Of a DNA stretch of 64,000 nt, positions 30,288 to 45,571 are shown one piece after another. Source of the stretch: the human T2T-CHM13v2.0 reference genome, Homo sapiens; NCBI RefSeq assembly GCF_009914755.1, contig NC_060939.1; one strand, written 5' to 3'. The position numbers were made by a program, and so were the translations under genes. How positions within the stretch are numbered: position 1 is the first letter of the stretch; each line of letters begins with the position of its first letter. The notes under the pieces are model-generated. The model was given only the letters and a program-made list of their open reading frames with translations, did not search any database and had not been told where the DNA came from.

Positions 30288-33200
30288 TGACCTGAGGGTG
30301 TGGAGCAGAGATGTCAAGAATGGAAAAAGCAACCAGGCCTTTCCAAAATAGCAAAAGGAGTTGTGAAGACAAGCCCTTTGGCAGGGATGACAAGGATGAA
30401 GATGCTCAAGCCTCTTCTCCTTCCCTCTCTGTCTTGGAGGTGGCGGGGAGGGGCTCAGCCACACTGCTGCTCCTGGTGTACCGTCTCTGTGCTGCAGTGG
30501 GGACCAGAGCCTGTCTCCCCGAATCTTATGCTAGGGGCAGGGGAGAAGCCCCGTGCTCCCCCTGAGCCCACAGCCCAGCAGTTTCCTGCTCTATTCTTCC
30601 CCTCCTGGGATAGTGCCTTGGCCCCCAAGCAAAAGTTTAGGGCCTCCTTGAGCTTTCCTTCAGCACTGTGTCTAAAGAGGTTTGACTGGTCTGGCGATTA
30701 GGTATTTAGTTTATTCATTCATTTATTCATCCAGCAACTGTTTACAGAGCCTCTTCCATTAGCCAGGACAGGGCTGAGCCCACCTTGGGCCTGGCCACTG
30801 CCCCTTGACCCATCACCATCCACCCCCTAGGCCAATTAGCAGCTTTGGGAGGAACTCTTGATGCTCAAAGCAGACATGATGCAGGGACCTGGCCCCTCTC
30901 CCATTCCCCCCAACTTTCAAACTGCCCATGGGTGACAGATTCAAATTCAGCTATGGCCTGAGTATGATCAGGGTGGGAGCCACAGGACCCAAGCTCTGAG
31001 CTTCCACCTACCCAAACATGGCTGATCTGTTCCTATCCTTCCCACCCCCCTACTTCCCACCAGCACCGTGGGCCTGGCAGGGAAGGAAGCATTCTTTTGC
31101 CTTCTTTCACAGCCAGGGACACTGAGACCCAAGGGGAGTATGGTATGGGAGCCAAAACTCCTAACCCACATTTCTACTCCCCTACAGCCACCCCTCTGAT
31201 GCCAACATATCAGACCTACAGGCGCCCTCTGCTCCCCGCCACCTTCTATCACGCCCTTTCCTGAGGACAGCCAGCAATTCACACACACACAGAACAAGGA
31301 AGAGGGGCAACAGCCTGGCCTTGCTGTCCCCAGGCCGCACCCCACAGGGAGGAGGCCACATCCCCAAGACACAGGCAGAACTTTAGGGCTGCTGTGGAGC
31401 TGCCCCGCCCCACCCAGCCCTCTGACTTGCCTGGTAGAGCGGTAGAGTAGGGGCCTTCTCTGGCTCACAGCACCCTGCCCACTCTCCTGCCCCAGCACAG
31501 ATGCCCTCTCCATCCGTGCGACAGGTATGGCCACAGAGCAGCTGCCTGCTCCTGATGGTGAGCGCATGGCAGGAGCAGGAAATTCTGCTACTTCCCAGGC
31601 TGTCATGAGCAGGTGTACTTGGGCAGCTGTCTCATTCACACCTGATCAGAGTCCACACAGAACAGGTGCAAATTAGCTGCCACCACCCCCTTTTTAGTCT
31701 TACACCTGCTGGGGAGCCTGTGAGCAATAGGGCCTGCCAGCCTCCAGTGAAATCCCTCAGCCCCAGACCCCAGACCCATCCAAAGTGTGAAATGTACCAT
31801 CAGAGATTCAATCCTTTGAATGTGATGAAGGGATTCAGTCTCCAGAGCCCTCAGTGAGAGCTGCGAGGCCCTAAGGACTATTGTACGTGCCCATCAGCTC
31901 ACACCTGTGTGGGGTTAGAGGTGGGAAAACCAGCTGAGATGGGTATTGAAAGAGGAGCCTGAAAGGAGGGTGCGGAGGGAGAAAAGGGAGAATGATCCAG
32001 AACAAGCCTCACTCCTGGGCCCTCGCCAGCCACAATGGGTTGGTGGGAGCTGCAGGGAGTCTGAGTAGAGGGATCAGCATGTGCAAAGACCCTGTGGCAG
32101 AAATAAGAGGGGTAAGTGGCAGGAGTAAAAGAGTCTGGAGCAAGAAGACAGGGGCTGGGGGCCTGTCGGGAGACACGGCAGAGGGGCTTGTGGGGTGTCG
32201 GGCAGGGAATAACGTGACCCAGTTCATTTTTAACAAGAGCACTTTTGCCATCATGTGTCAAATTGCCTGGGAAAGAGGATGGATTAGGGAAAGGAACAGA
32301 AGTGGAGAGGCTAGTGAGGAGGCAGAGGAATCGAAGGAGCAAGAGGAATGAGAGCCGAGTGGGAGGTGGGTGAGGGCTGAGGGAGAGTGGGAGCCATTGG
32401 TGGATACAGGGTGAGGGTCAGGGTCCGGGAGATCAGGGCCTCTTAGGCTGGCAGCAGAGGCGCATGGGGACAGACTCCCTGTCTCCCCTGTCTGCCTTCC
32501 AGTGTCCCCCAGGCCCAGGCTGAGCAGGGGGTCAGTGAGGGTTGGAGCAAGGTGACGCTGTCCACTCCTGCTTTGTAACCTCCTGCTGGGACCCCGCTCT
32601 GCTCTCTGAAAGCTGCGCCAATAGAAGCCTGGAGTAGAGGAGAGGGCAGTCAGGACTGGGAGGCAGGGAAGCCTTTAGGGGGTGACAGAGGACTGAGGAG
32701 GGAACAACCAAGGGCGGTCAGGGGAGTGACAACCGGGATCTGATGAAGAAAGAGGAGCCCAGAGATGCGGATGCTATGATCCTGTTCCAAACCAGTACTT
32801 CCTGGGGAAACCAGCAAGGCAGGAGAGCAGGCACCAGGGTGAGCAGTGGAGCAGGCACCAGGGTGATGGGCACGAGGGAGGCAAGGGGAGCCTGGCTGTG
32901 GCCGCTGATCTCAGGAAGTTCAGCATGGTCGGAGAAACCAGACCTGGGCTTCCTGTCTTCAGTTTATAAAGTGCTCTCTCACAAACGATCTAATCAGAGA
33001 CCCCTCACAGCCCTGGGAGGAGCCTCATTTGACTGACAGAAACCAAGGAGCTGGAACACCTAGCCCTACCCCTAGCCCAACCCCTCCCCAGGAGCCAGTG
33101 GAGGGGCCGAGGTTAGAACACAACCTCCCTTCCCAGGACCCAACTCTCATCGTACCCTTTCTCCCCAAAGAAACTAGTGTAAGAGATCCATTGGTAAATC

Positions 33201-33363
33201 CCAGGACAGAAAGCGGGAGCAGTTGCCTCAGCTCGGCAGAGAAGGCTTCCTGAGGGAGGGCAGCCTGGTGCAAAGCAAGAACCGAGTAAGGCAGGGAACA
33301 GGGAGAAGCAGGTGTCAAGTGTGGAGGCAGCCATGAGCTCACGGATGGGGAAAAAGAGGGTAG

Positions 33364-33531
<168 letters not shown>

Positions 33532-34435
33532 TGAGTGGGGCCCAGGTGGACCTGGGTGAGGAGGGCAGAGCAGAGGGCAGAGGAGGGGGTGAGGCTGTCA
33601 TTGCTGCCATGGGCTGATTCCAGGACCTCCGGCAACCCCTCTACCCCTAAGGCCCTTCAAGCCTCTCCATTGGGTCTGAGGTCCCAGTAAGCTTCCTGCA
33701 GCAGACCATGCCTTTCTTTCCCCAGGGAGAGCCCAGGCCCCTGGAAAGGGGCAGCTCAGTCCTCTCCTGAGAGCAAGCTGGAGGGCAGGTGGTGGGGATG
33801 AGTGCCGATACCAGGCCTAACAGCTAGAGAGTGTGGGGAGGACAACAAGAGGGGTCCTCATTCCCTGCTCAGGGAACCTCAGCCCCTCCAACCTGCCTCC
33901 CTGCCTCACACCCACCACCTCCCCACTCCCCCTCCCACTCTAGCTCAGGGCCACAGGCTCCAGCCAGTGGTTGGCCCCAAAGGCCATCTTGGAACTTCAC
34001 AGCCTTTAGCCCTGCCGGGCGGAGTCTCCTCCCTCCTCATCCTGGAGGTCTCCCTGGTCCCAGCCACAACTCATCCCCTCCTCCCCTAGACCTCCTTTTG
34101 AGTCTGTTGGAGTCACAGTCCTCAAGAGGAGATTCATACTTTGCCACACAGTGGGAAATTCCCCTATGAACGTGTGCTCTCTGCCACAGCACCGACTCCT
34201 GGGAGTCAGGGTCTGTCTCGGTCACTTCCAACTGGCCCTGATGGCCCAAGATGACTCCCCTACTTCTCTGTATCTCCTGTTGAGTTTTTATGACTTATGA
34301 AGCCCCCTTGCTTGTTGGAGGAAGGAAGATGATTGATGCACGCCCAGCCCAGTGGTCCCCACTTGTCGTGAGGTCCAGGCCCGAACTCGGCGGGATCCCT
34401 GCAACTCCCTTCTCTTGCATCAACCCAGAGTCTAA

Positions 34436-34660
<225 letters not shown>

Positions 34661-34914
34661 TAACTACCCCACACATTCACTGTTCACTCACTCAGTGAGT
34701 CAGTCAGCAGTTCCCTTGACTATCGAGTAAGAGTTGACTGAATCCCACGGCATACCCAGTGCTGTGCTCGCCTGTGCGGCAGAGAAACTGCCCTCCAGGA
34801 ACTCTTGGTCTGGTGAAGATGGGAGTCACGTGGGTGAAAAAGTTGAACATCAACACAAGATAATGTATAATCTAATAACAAACTGGGAGGGCCTGTCAGG
34901 GCTATCACATCAGA

Positions 34915-35535
<621 letters not shown>

Positions 35536-35566
35536 TAAAGCCTGGATTAGGGAAGGCAGTCTTGAA

Positions 35567-35868
35567 TTTTTTTTTTTTTTTTTTTTGAGACAGAGTCTTG
35601 CTCTTGTTGCCCAGGCTGGAGTGCAGTGGCACCATCTTGGCTCACTAGCAACCTCCGCCTCCCAGGTTCAAGCAATTCTCCTGCCTCAGCCTCCCAGGTA
35701 GCTGGGATTACTGGCACCCGCCACCATGCCCGGCTAATTTTTGTATTTTCAGTAGAGATGGAGTTTCACCATGTTGGCCAGGCTGGTCTCAAACTCCTGA
35801 CCTTGTGACCTGTCCACCTCGGCCTCCCAAAGTGCTGGAATTACAGGCATGAGCCACTGCACTCAGCC
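35567..35868 (-). mobile_element. AluS
   Basis: Full-length; TSD ggcagtcttgaatttt. Confidence 0.95.
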
Positions 35869-37159
35869 GGCAGTCTTGAATTTTTAACAGAGGAAGGGTT
35901 GGTACAGGTTGGACACAGCAATAGCACAAGTGTGAGGTGGAGACAGGCAGGCTATGACCCATGTCAGGGCAGACAGGAGGGCTGTGTGTTTGAGTATGAG
36001 GTTGGGGGCGGGTGCACGCACAGAACATGGCTGGGTTCAGGGGAATAGCCAGATTGGTCTCTTCTCATGATCTGCGCTTCACTGCCAGCTTGCCCTACAC
36101 GATGGTCCCAACATTCCTAGGGGCCTTGGGGGACAGAGGGATTTTTGGAGGTCCCTCCTATTGTCTGCCCACCAGTGCTTATGTCTGGCATAGCAAAAAT
36201 AGAACAAGACACCCCTTTGGAGCCCAGGCTTCATTTAAAGGCAAAGACATTTGAAGAAGGCTCAGACATGGGGTAGAGTGATGGTGGTGGGGAGGAGTGG
36301 GACAAAGGGGGACCCTGGGGACAGAGGCTTCAAACCCAAACCAATCCTTTGCCTGATTTCCCTAGAGTTACCTCACACATGGCCCTGCATTTGCCCAGAA
36401 AATTAAGAACCAATCAGCAGGCCGTCCCAAGGGGCAAGAGGCACTGCCTGCTTTAATGAGTGTGCCCCCTCCCACCCCCAGGCTTTCTCTGGCTGCCTTT
36501 GCTGCCTAACTAGTCTGGGTAGGAGAGGTGCCACTCACTACAGAGACTTGTTCCCAGTGCCTTTTGCATGTGTGGGACCCGGTCCAGCAATGGCAGGACA
36601 CCTGTTGAACATCACCCAACCCCATGGCAGCTGGGCCAGGTTGGGAATTTGCTGGCAGCTGGCACAGAGGTGCCCAGGTGCAGCAGTGAGAGAACAGGAG
36701 CAGGCTGCTGTGGTAAGGAGGGGTGGGGATTGCCCGGGCAGAGCCATACTTGGAGGGGCACCAGTCAGCAGCGTGAGCTCAGTCTTCACACAGACCCCTG
36801 CCCTGTTCCCTTTGAGCATCAGTCCCCTCATCTCTACACTTGAGGGGGTGGGATTGGACTTGGTAATTTTAGGGCCTGCCCTCTCTGACATCTTGGGGGG
36901 CTGTGATTTCTCACCAACTGTCACTGTGCAAAAGCACTGTTTGACCTGGGTTTGACCCCAGCTCTGTAACTTACTGGCTGCATGACCTTTGGTAAGCTGC
37001 TCCTTTCTCCAGACTCATTGATTCCAATCTGTTAGGAGAACTCAAAGGATAATCTTTGCAAAGTGTCCAGGCCCAGGGTCCAAGGTAAATGGGTTCCACT
37101 CTTAACAGAGCTGTACCTCCCGTAGTGCCAGTGTCCCCTCTGAGGCCAGCCTCACCACT

Positions 37160-37930
37160 GCCCTTTTCACATCTGGCTCCAAGTAACAGAAACCCCAACT
37201 TGGATCGGCTTAAATACTAAGGATATTTATTGTCACACACCACATCAACTCACGACATAGAATGCTGCCAGAATTGGTGGATGCTCAGGCTCAGAAGCAT
37301 CCTCGAGGTCTCAGGATCTTTCCAACACCCCGAATTACCATCTTCAGCTGGCTAACGGCTCATGGGGGCACTTCATCCAAATAGAATGAAAGACCAGCAG
37401 ATAAGAGGCAGCCTCTCTTTTTTTTTTTGCGACCAAGTCTCTGTCCCCCAGGCTGGAGTGCAGTGGCGCAATCCTGGCTCACACTGCAACCTCTGCCTCC
37501 TGGGTTCAAGCAATTCTCCTGCCTCAGCCTCCCGAGTATCTGGGATTACAGGCGAGCGCCACCATGCCCAGCTAATTTTGTATATTTAGTAGAGATAGGG
37601 TTCAACCATGTTAACCAGGCTGATCTTGAACTCCCGACCTCTGGCGATACGCCCACCTTGGCCTCCCAAAGTGCTGGAATTACAGGCCTGAGGCACCGCA
37701 CCCAGCAGCACCCTCTCTTCTTGTAGGTGGTTTTAAAGAGCAACTGGAAACCAACCTTACCCAGCCATCCCTCAGCAGACCTCCTTCCTGTCTGATTAGC
37801 CAGGATTGGGTTACATGCACTTCCCTGAGCCAATCACTAAGGAGGGGTGTGGCTCTGCCTTGCTGGTATAAATGTGGAAGGTTATGGAGGCGGAGCCACC
37901 CGAACCCAAGGGCCATCTGCTGGTGATGAG
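37160..37930 (-). mobile_element. Old MaLR/ERVL-type LTR (MLT1-like), interrupted by an antisense Alu at 37418-37706
   Basis: caagtaacagaaacccaact...ggcttaaa...atttattg; tgattagccaggattgggttacatg...ccaatcact. Confidence 0.65.
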
Positions 37931-40739
37931 GCAAGGAGGGGCATGGTGGTGGGCTAGGTGGCCCTCAGTGGAGCCTGGTGATGATGGCAAAGGCTGAACT
38001 GGTGAGTTAAGGGGTAGATGGCCTGTCGGACTTCACCTGGTCCAGCCTGCTGGAACCAACATAGGGTGGGCCGTGTAAGTTACTCCTACCCCGGCACCTT
38101 GGAAGGGGCCCATTGCCCAACAGGCTGCTCCTGTTGTTCTGGTCTCCTACAGAGCTGGAGTGGAGCTCCGGGAAGCCATGTGTGCCCACCACCATCCCCT
38201 CCTCTCTCAGCCCCACAGCTGGCCTGTCCCCAAGCTCTCCTGGGGCCCCTTCCATCCCCACAGACCCTGCCCTAGTGCTAGCCTCCCCTCAGGCCCCTGC
38301 CATCCATTCTCTGAGGAGCAGCCAGGGCATCCCCTGCCTAGCCCTTCCCCTGGGCCCCCTGTTACTATCACGACAAGGCAAATCCCACTCTCAGCCAGGT
38401 CCACAGGCCCTGTGCCCTCCAGCCTCCTGGCTTATGGCTCCAGCTCATACAGGCATTCTGCAGCCCCACTGGACAGCTTGCTGTTCTCCACACCCACACT
38501 GCCCCTTCCCACCTCCAGCCTCCACCTCTGCTGCACTCGCAGTCTGGAATGGCCTTCCTCTTCCTTACCTACTGCCCTTGTCCTTCAGGTCCTCCCTGAG
38601 GAATGGGGTCAGAAGTCATGGCTTTCTCCTCGCACACCCCAGCTCCCACAACCACAGCTTGCTTAGGACTCTACATGTTTGTGTGTGTGTGTCTGTCTGT
38701 CTGTCTGTCTGTCTGTCCCCTATCCTCCTGGATGATGGTGGGCTACAGGGTCGGGGGCAGAGTCTGGCTCTACAGCACCCCACAGGCATCTGGCATGGAG
38801 AAGCCCCCCAGAGTCAACATTTGCTGAGTTCAGTGAAGTTGAACTTACATCTTAATAGCAAAACATCCATTGTCTCCTTTAACCTTACAACAGGCTTTCA
38901 AAGTGAGGAGTTTGAGGCATATCCCCATGGGATGATGGGAAAAGTAGGTCCCAAAGAGGAGAAGGGACTTGAAGGCCACACAGCAAGGTTGAGGCAGACC
39001 CAGACCCAGAGCCAAGGGGTCCTAGATCCCTAGAGACCCCAGCCCAGCATCTGCTCCCAGCAGCTACTCCTCCAGATGGCGGCCACTATGCCTGGGCAGA
39101 GCAGGCAGAGGTGGATGTGGGTGGGCCCAGGGGAAATAAGGCGGTGGGCGTGGAGGGGCCATGGAATGAAGGCTCTGTCCCCAGGGGAAGCAGGTCTGCC
39201 TCCATGGCTGGGGGTTAATGGCTTTTCTGAAGATCACAGCTGAGGGTTAATGACATTCCATAATTCCACTACCGCTGTGGCCCTTCCATTAGCATCTGCA
39301 GGCGATGCCTGCCTCTCCCCGCCCCCATCCTGCACACACATCAGCCACAGTACCCTCACCAGGGCTCTGGCGTCAGACTGCAGGTCTTCTAACTTTGAGT
39401 TCCCACCACTCCTGCCTGCACATGCACAAGACAGGCTGACCCTCCCTCCCCAGTCCTAGGTCTGAAGTGATCTTTCCTAAGTGACTTGCCCTGGGAAACT
39501 ACTCAGGGAAAGGGCTGTTCCTTATTGGGCCGGCAGCCACTCACCACCTCTGGCTTCATAGGCTCCATTTAGACACATGAATAGGTCCCAGAAAGGGCAG
39601 CTAGCGTCTACTAAATAACCCTCTTCCAGGGTAGGAGCAAGGTATGGACGGCAGGGGACTGAGTCACAGGTGCCCCAATGCCTGGCAGACAGTCCCAGCC
39701 ATGTGGACCCTCCTGCACCCAGGAGAATGGGGTGACTCTGGGAGGGACATGGTTTGGGGATCAATCTTGAAAGATCACTCCCAAGCCCCACAGAAGTCAG
39801 AACCAACTTCTCTCACCGGACCTGTTGGCCAAGCTCCCATAAGAAGTGGGATGTTCCCATCATTGCAGTCTCTGTTCAGGTGTCCAGGGCACCCTAGCCC
39901 TGCAGTGACTGCAACCCATCTCCCCAGGGGCAGGGGCAGACACAGCTGAGCCTTGGGCTGGGCCTGGACAAACCAGGCCCATTAGTGTGACCGTCATCAG
40001 CACCCTGCCACTGTGGGGAAGTGGACCTACACTGATATTTCATGATCCTGCATCAATAACTCCTGGAGCCGCAGTGCATTTGTGCTGACCTTTTCGAGCA
40101 ATGACTGATTCCTGTGGGGGAGCAGGAGGTGGGAGCGGCTGCTACTGTTGCTGACAGCCCCTGGCTGGGGAACAGAGGCAAGGCAGCCACTTGGTGGGTC
40201 TGTAGCAACGACCCGCAGCCCCGCCCTGTGCTGGGACCCTGCAGGGCTGCCTGCTGGGAGTTATGGGCCGATGGCCATCTCCCATCTCCCACCTTCTGGC
40301 CTTGGCAGATGCTGGGCCTCCCCCTGGAGTCTCTCCTCATTTCAGGCGTCCTCTGCACAGGGTGTGCTCAGTGCCACTCCACATTTTTGATTGTGCTGTT
40401 TTCCCATCCTGAAGACCTTTATCCCTCTCTTCACCCAGCCAGACCTTCCTTCAGAGCCTTTCTCTGGTTCTGCTTCCTTTAAGGAGGCTTTTCTGACCAC
40501 CCATGGGAATATTTCATATAGCTCTCTTATTGGGCAGTGCTACAGTTAATACTGTCTTGTTTCATTGTTTAAATCATACCCATGTGTGTGCCCTAACTGC
40601 TGACCTAGGGTGCCATCAAGTCCCCCGAGTGCCCACTGGCCCACACTGCGGGCACACGGAGCCTCTGTAGTCTGCAGAGATGTCTTGGCCTCTGCAAGGG
40701 GCTGGGGAAACTGTGTGGGAAAGAGAGGGGCTGGTGACA

Positions 40740-41230
40740 CAGACAGAGGTCATGTCTAACTTGGCATCTGTGACACCACCAGCCATGGGTGTGAACACAG
40801 ATACAACACTTTAGGAAAACAGTTTACCAATAATGAATGAGGTGTCCTAAAATACACATGTCCTATAACCCAGCAATTCCATTTTAGGTAGTTGTACTAA
40901 GGAAGTAATTTGCGACATGAAGATATGTAGCAGAGAACGTTCAATGCAGTGTTATTACAGGGAAAAATGGGAAGGAAGAAATCAGGGCACTTGGACATGA
41001 ACTTCATATCCTGAAGTTACTCAAGTCATGGGTAATGAGCTTTCTGTGACTTTGGATCTGCTTAGGTTTTACTGGCAAATGAAAAATGCAGGATGCTAGA
41101 ATGGTGATTATACACAAAATATACACAGAAAAAAACTAGGAAGAAGCACAGTTTTATGAATTATTGTGTTTATCATAGGAACACAGGAGCTGTTTTTCTT
41201 CTTCCTATTTTTCTGCATTTTCCTAAATGT
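40740..41230 (+). mobile_element. Old L1 (L1ME-like) fragment
   Basis: tataacccagcaattccattttagg...gttcaatgcagtgtt. Confidence 0.65.
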
Positions 41231-41251
41231 ATTTATTACGTGTGTGCTGCA

Positions 41252-41575
41252 TTTATTTGTTTATTTATTTATTTATTTATTTTATTTATTTAGAGACGGA
41301 GTTTCGCTCTGTCACCCAGGCTGGAGTACAGTGGCGCAATCTCATCTCAGGGCAACCTCTGCCCCCCCGGGTTCAAGCAGTTCTCCTGCCTCGGCCTCCT
41401 GGGTAGCTGGAATTACAGGAGTCCCCCACCACACCTAGCTAATTTTTGTATTTTTAGTAGAGACAGGGTTTTGCCATGTTGGCCAGGCTGGTCTTGAACT
41501 CCTGACCTCAAGTGATCCACTTGCCTTGGCCTCCCGAAGTGCTGGAATTACAGGCGTGAGCCACTGTGCCCAGCC
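41252..41575 (-). mobile_element. Alu with (TTTA)n tail
   Basis: Full-length antisense, ~125 nt upstream of exon G. Confidence 0.95.
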
Positions 41576-41590
41576 AGCTTGCTTTTATAG

Positions 41591-41836
<246 letters not shown>

Positions 41837-42267
41837 TGACCCCTGGTGCCTCGCCAGGGCAGCCATGCCTCAGGAGATCTGTATTATGAAAGGGTGTTCA
41901 GACCATCCCACCTCTGCCTCCCACAGGGATGGATGGTTCCCAGGTGTCCAGGCGGCTTCCTAATGCAGGCAGAGGAGAGCTGGCTGCGTTCCTTGTCCAC
42001 AGGCCAGGACACGTGGGCCTGTCCCATACTAGGTCTTGGCCCCAAGCTTTGTTTTATTGCACCCATCAGTGATGGGGGAGGGCTGGAGCCCTCGGAACTC
42101 ACAGAGAGGGGTGAGGGAGATGGGCTTCAGAGACCAGCTGATCCACAGTTTTCTGCACTGTGGGATTGAAGCCCCCAAAGGGTAGAGATGAGGCTGATGT
42201 ATATAAATTCCCAGACACACAGAGTATGTTTAGAGTTGGCTTTGAGTTCACAAAGCCCTGAAGATGA

Positions 42268-42555
<288 letters not shown>

Positions 42556-42959
42556 TGAACTGGGCCCCTAGCGTGCCCACCTGGCCCCACCCTGCCTCAC
42601 CCTGCCCCACCTCACCACACCTCCATAGGAGAATTTGGCTTCTCCAGAAGCTTCTGTCAAGGCACCCACCAGGGAAGTCACCCAGTCTAGAAGTGAGGAG
42701 CTCCCTGGAACCCCAGAAGCCAGTCTTGCCTCTGGGACTATGACGAACCAAGCCAGAGAAATTGCCCCTGAGCAACTTGGGAGACAAGTACAGGGTGACC
42801 CTGTGAGACAGTGCAAGAGTTCAGGCTTTCAGCCAGCCAGACCCTGATTTGAACCACAGTTCAAATCCTCACTGTGGAAATTCAGGCACATTACTGAACC
42901 ACAAGAGTCCTCGTCTGTAACACAGGAGAAGCATGCCAAGTACACAATCTCTGTGTATA

Positions 42960-43190
42960 ACAAGAGAGTTCAGAGCTCAGGCTCTAGAGCCAGACTGTCT
43001 GGGTCCAAATTCTGGTTCCACCACATACCAGCTAACATGACCATGGGAAAACTACTGAAAGTGTCAATGCCTCAGTTTCCTTGCCTATAAAATGGGTACA
43101 TGGCAATAGCACTTTTTTCATAGGGTTTGTGTGAGATTTCATGAGAAAACCCATGGAAAGCACTTAGAGTAAGTTCTCAACAAGAATGAA
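42960..43190 (+). mobile_element. MIR
   Basis: gagccagactgtctgggtccaaattc...gcctcagtttccttgcctataaaatggg. Confidence 0.85.
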
Positions 43191-43495
43191 TAATATCGTT
43201 ACCATCATTCTCTATTCCTATGCCACCATTTCCCCTAAAATACTTCTGGCCATCCTGACATAATAGACCTCAATGAATGAGAATCTCTCTGTCAGATGAG
43301 CCTGCTAGTGCCAGACAGGTCTCTAGAGGGGTTTAGAAGGGGTGGTGTGGAGGCAGTTTGCGAGGGCAAAAGCAGGAGGCCAGCTCCCACCTCCCTCCCA
43401 CCCTCCTGGGTGCAGCCCGCAGGTGACACCTTCCAGAGAAATCTAGAACAGTAGGTGGGGCAGAGGCGGAAGCTGCCCTGGCCAGCATGGTCTGA

Positions 43496-43636
<141 letters not shown>

Positions 43637-43877
43637 TGAGATCCAACTTCCTTCACAATTGCTGGCTTTGTTCAGGGACTTCTGGGAGGATGGGACTACT
43701 ACTTTGGATAGAAACGTCTAAGGGTGATTTGAGACTCCAGACAAACGTAGAGAGAGCTGGGATTAGGAAGAGGAGAGTTGTGAGCAGAGGGCCACCCAGA
43801 CCTTGGAGTCAGCCTCTGACCAAGCCCAAGCCAAGTCTGGCTCACTGGGATCGAGGTTCTGCAAGGGTGAGCTAGGA

Positions 43878-44452
43878 TATCAGTTTTCTATTGCTTTATA
43901 ACCAAATTAGCAGCTTAAAACAATGCCCATTTATTAGCTGACACTTCTATATGTAGGTCCCATGACACAGGGTGGCTGGAATCAAGATGTTGGCAGGGTC
44001 ACATTCCTTTCTGGGGATTATGGGGAGGAATCTGCTTCCAAATTCATTCAGGTGGCTGCCACAATCCAGTTCCCTGCAGTGCCGGACTCACATCCCGGTC
44101 TCCTTGCAGGCTGTCAGCCGGGGCAGCTCTCAGCTCCTGAAGGACGCCCACATGCCCCCTCACAATGGCCCCGTTCATCTTAAGCCAGCAGGCATGTCCA
44201 GTCCCTGTCACACCTCAAAACTCTGACTTCCTCTTCTGTCAGCAGCCACAGAAAACTTTTAGAGGTGCTTTTAGAGGGATTTTAGAGGGGCTGGTGTGAT
44301 AAGGTCAGGCCATTCTAATCATCTTCCTATCTTAAAGTCAACGGTGCCATGTAACAAACATAATCCCAGGAGTGATCAGTCATCATATTCACGGGTTCCA
44401 AGAATGAGGGTGTAAAATCTTGGAGGCCCGTTTTTGGAATTCTGTCTACCAC
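43878..44452 (-). mobile_element. MLT1 (MaLR) LTR
   Basis: gcttaaaacaa...atttatt; gaatctgcttccaa; cctatcttaaagtcaac; ends ttctgtctaccaca. Confidence 0.85.
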
Positions 44453-45530
44453 AGCTGGGTTGGTCCAAATGTGAAGACACCCAGGGCTAAGCCCTGCCTG
44501 CTGGATGAGCCTCGATCCCTCTCGCTAGCTACACCTGGTCTCAGCCCAGCTTAGACCCTGCTCATTTGGCTGCAGTGCACATGCCAGGCACCCGCTGGAC
44601 TTTCCCTCTTTCCTCTCAGTGGTGCTGGGATGTGAGTAGTTTAGGACCATGAACCCAGAAAGTGTTTGCAGGGACTAATGTCCGCGCCAACCCACTCCTG
44701 CCTTCTTCCCACGCAGGAAAAATATCCACCAGCTCTGGGGTAGCACTTGGCTCTGTGACCTCACTCATGAAGAACACAGGGAATCCTATGGTGTGGGGTA
44801 TGAGGAGTATATCTGGGTTGGTACCAGCCTGAAAGTGCCTTTACAAGGCCTCTGGAGAGGGCCTGAGACCCCGTTAGCACTCCCTGCTATAGGTGTTCAG
44901 GATTGCCCTCTCAAGGGTAGAAGCAACAAACCCCAAGAAAGAGGCACCAGAATCTTGGAGAAAAAGGTCACAAACTTCCCAGTTTGGAGCCCAACCCTCC
45001 GGGGCCTCTTCCCAAGGTATAGAGTCTGCCTGTGGCCACTGGCCACTGCCAGCCCCTCCCCACCTCCCTCTGTCTCCTGCCCCTTCCACTGGGCATGTGT
45101 ATCCTGGGACTAAAAGGAGCGTCAGGTGCCCCTGGTCAGGGGACTGACTAGTGGGCCCAGGCAGGCAACAGGCAGGTGGGCAGAACAGTTTCCCCATTGC
45201 CCAGGGGCTGGGCACAAAGGTCTCCAGTAATGAATTATTCACCGGAGCTGTGCTAAGTGCAGAATTAATCCCTTTCCTTCCAGCTGGCGGCCTCACTAAA
45301 TTATCCCTCCAAGTCATGCGGGAAAATGCTGCCGAATTCATTTAGCCGCTGAGTGTTTTGATCTGGGCCTTGTGATTTTAGCGTCTCCTTCCCCCAACCC
45401 CCTCCTCCTGGAGGCGGGTAAAAAACCTTTTAGTAATGGATTTCTGAGAAGAAAGGAAAAGAAAGGGGATCAGGATTGGGTGTGTACCAAGAAAATAGTA
45501 CTAGCAGAAATTCAGATTCTGCAGCCAAGA

Positions 45531-45533
<3 letters not shown>

Positions 45534-45568
<35 letters not shown>
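45534..45568. repeat. (CA)n microsatellite, ~17 units
   Basis: Pure CA run. Confidence 0.95.

Positions 45569-45571
<3 letters not shown>

Noticed and set aside
31222-31235. CTCF-like GGAGCAGAGGGCGC on the minus strand
   Set aside because: Mismatches at the highly conserved leading CC
32826-32866. Short direct duplication gagcaggcaccagggtga
   Set aside because: Ordinary slippage product with no evident function
38113-39033. Longest ORF (306 aa), and similar ones at 19366-20184, 12652-13401 and 30968-31639
   Set aside because: Non-ATG or weak starts, P/S/L-rich composition typical of GC-rich introns, some cross L2 or microsatellite sequence, and no recognisable domain
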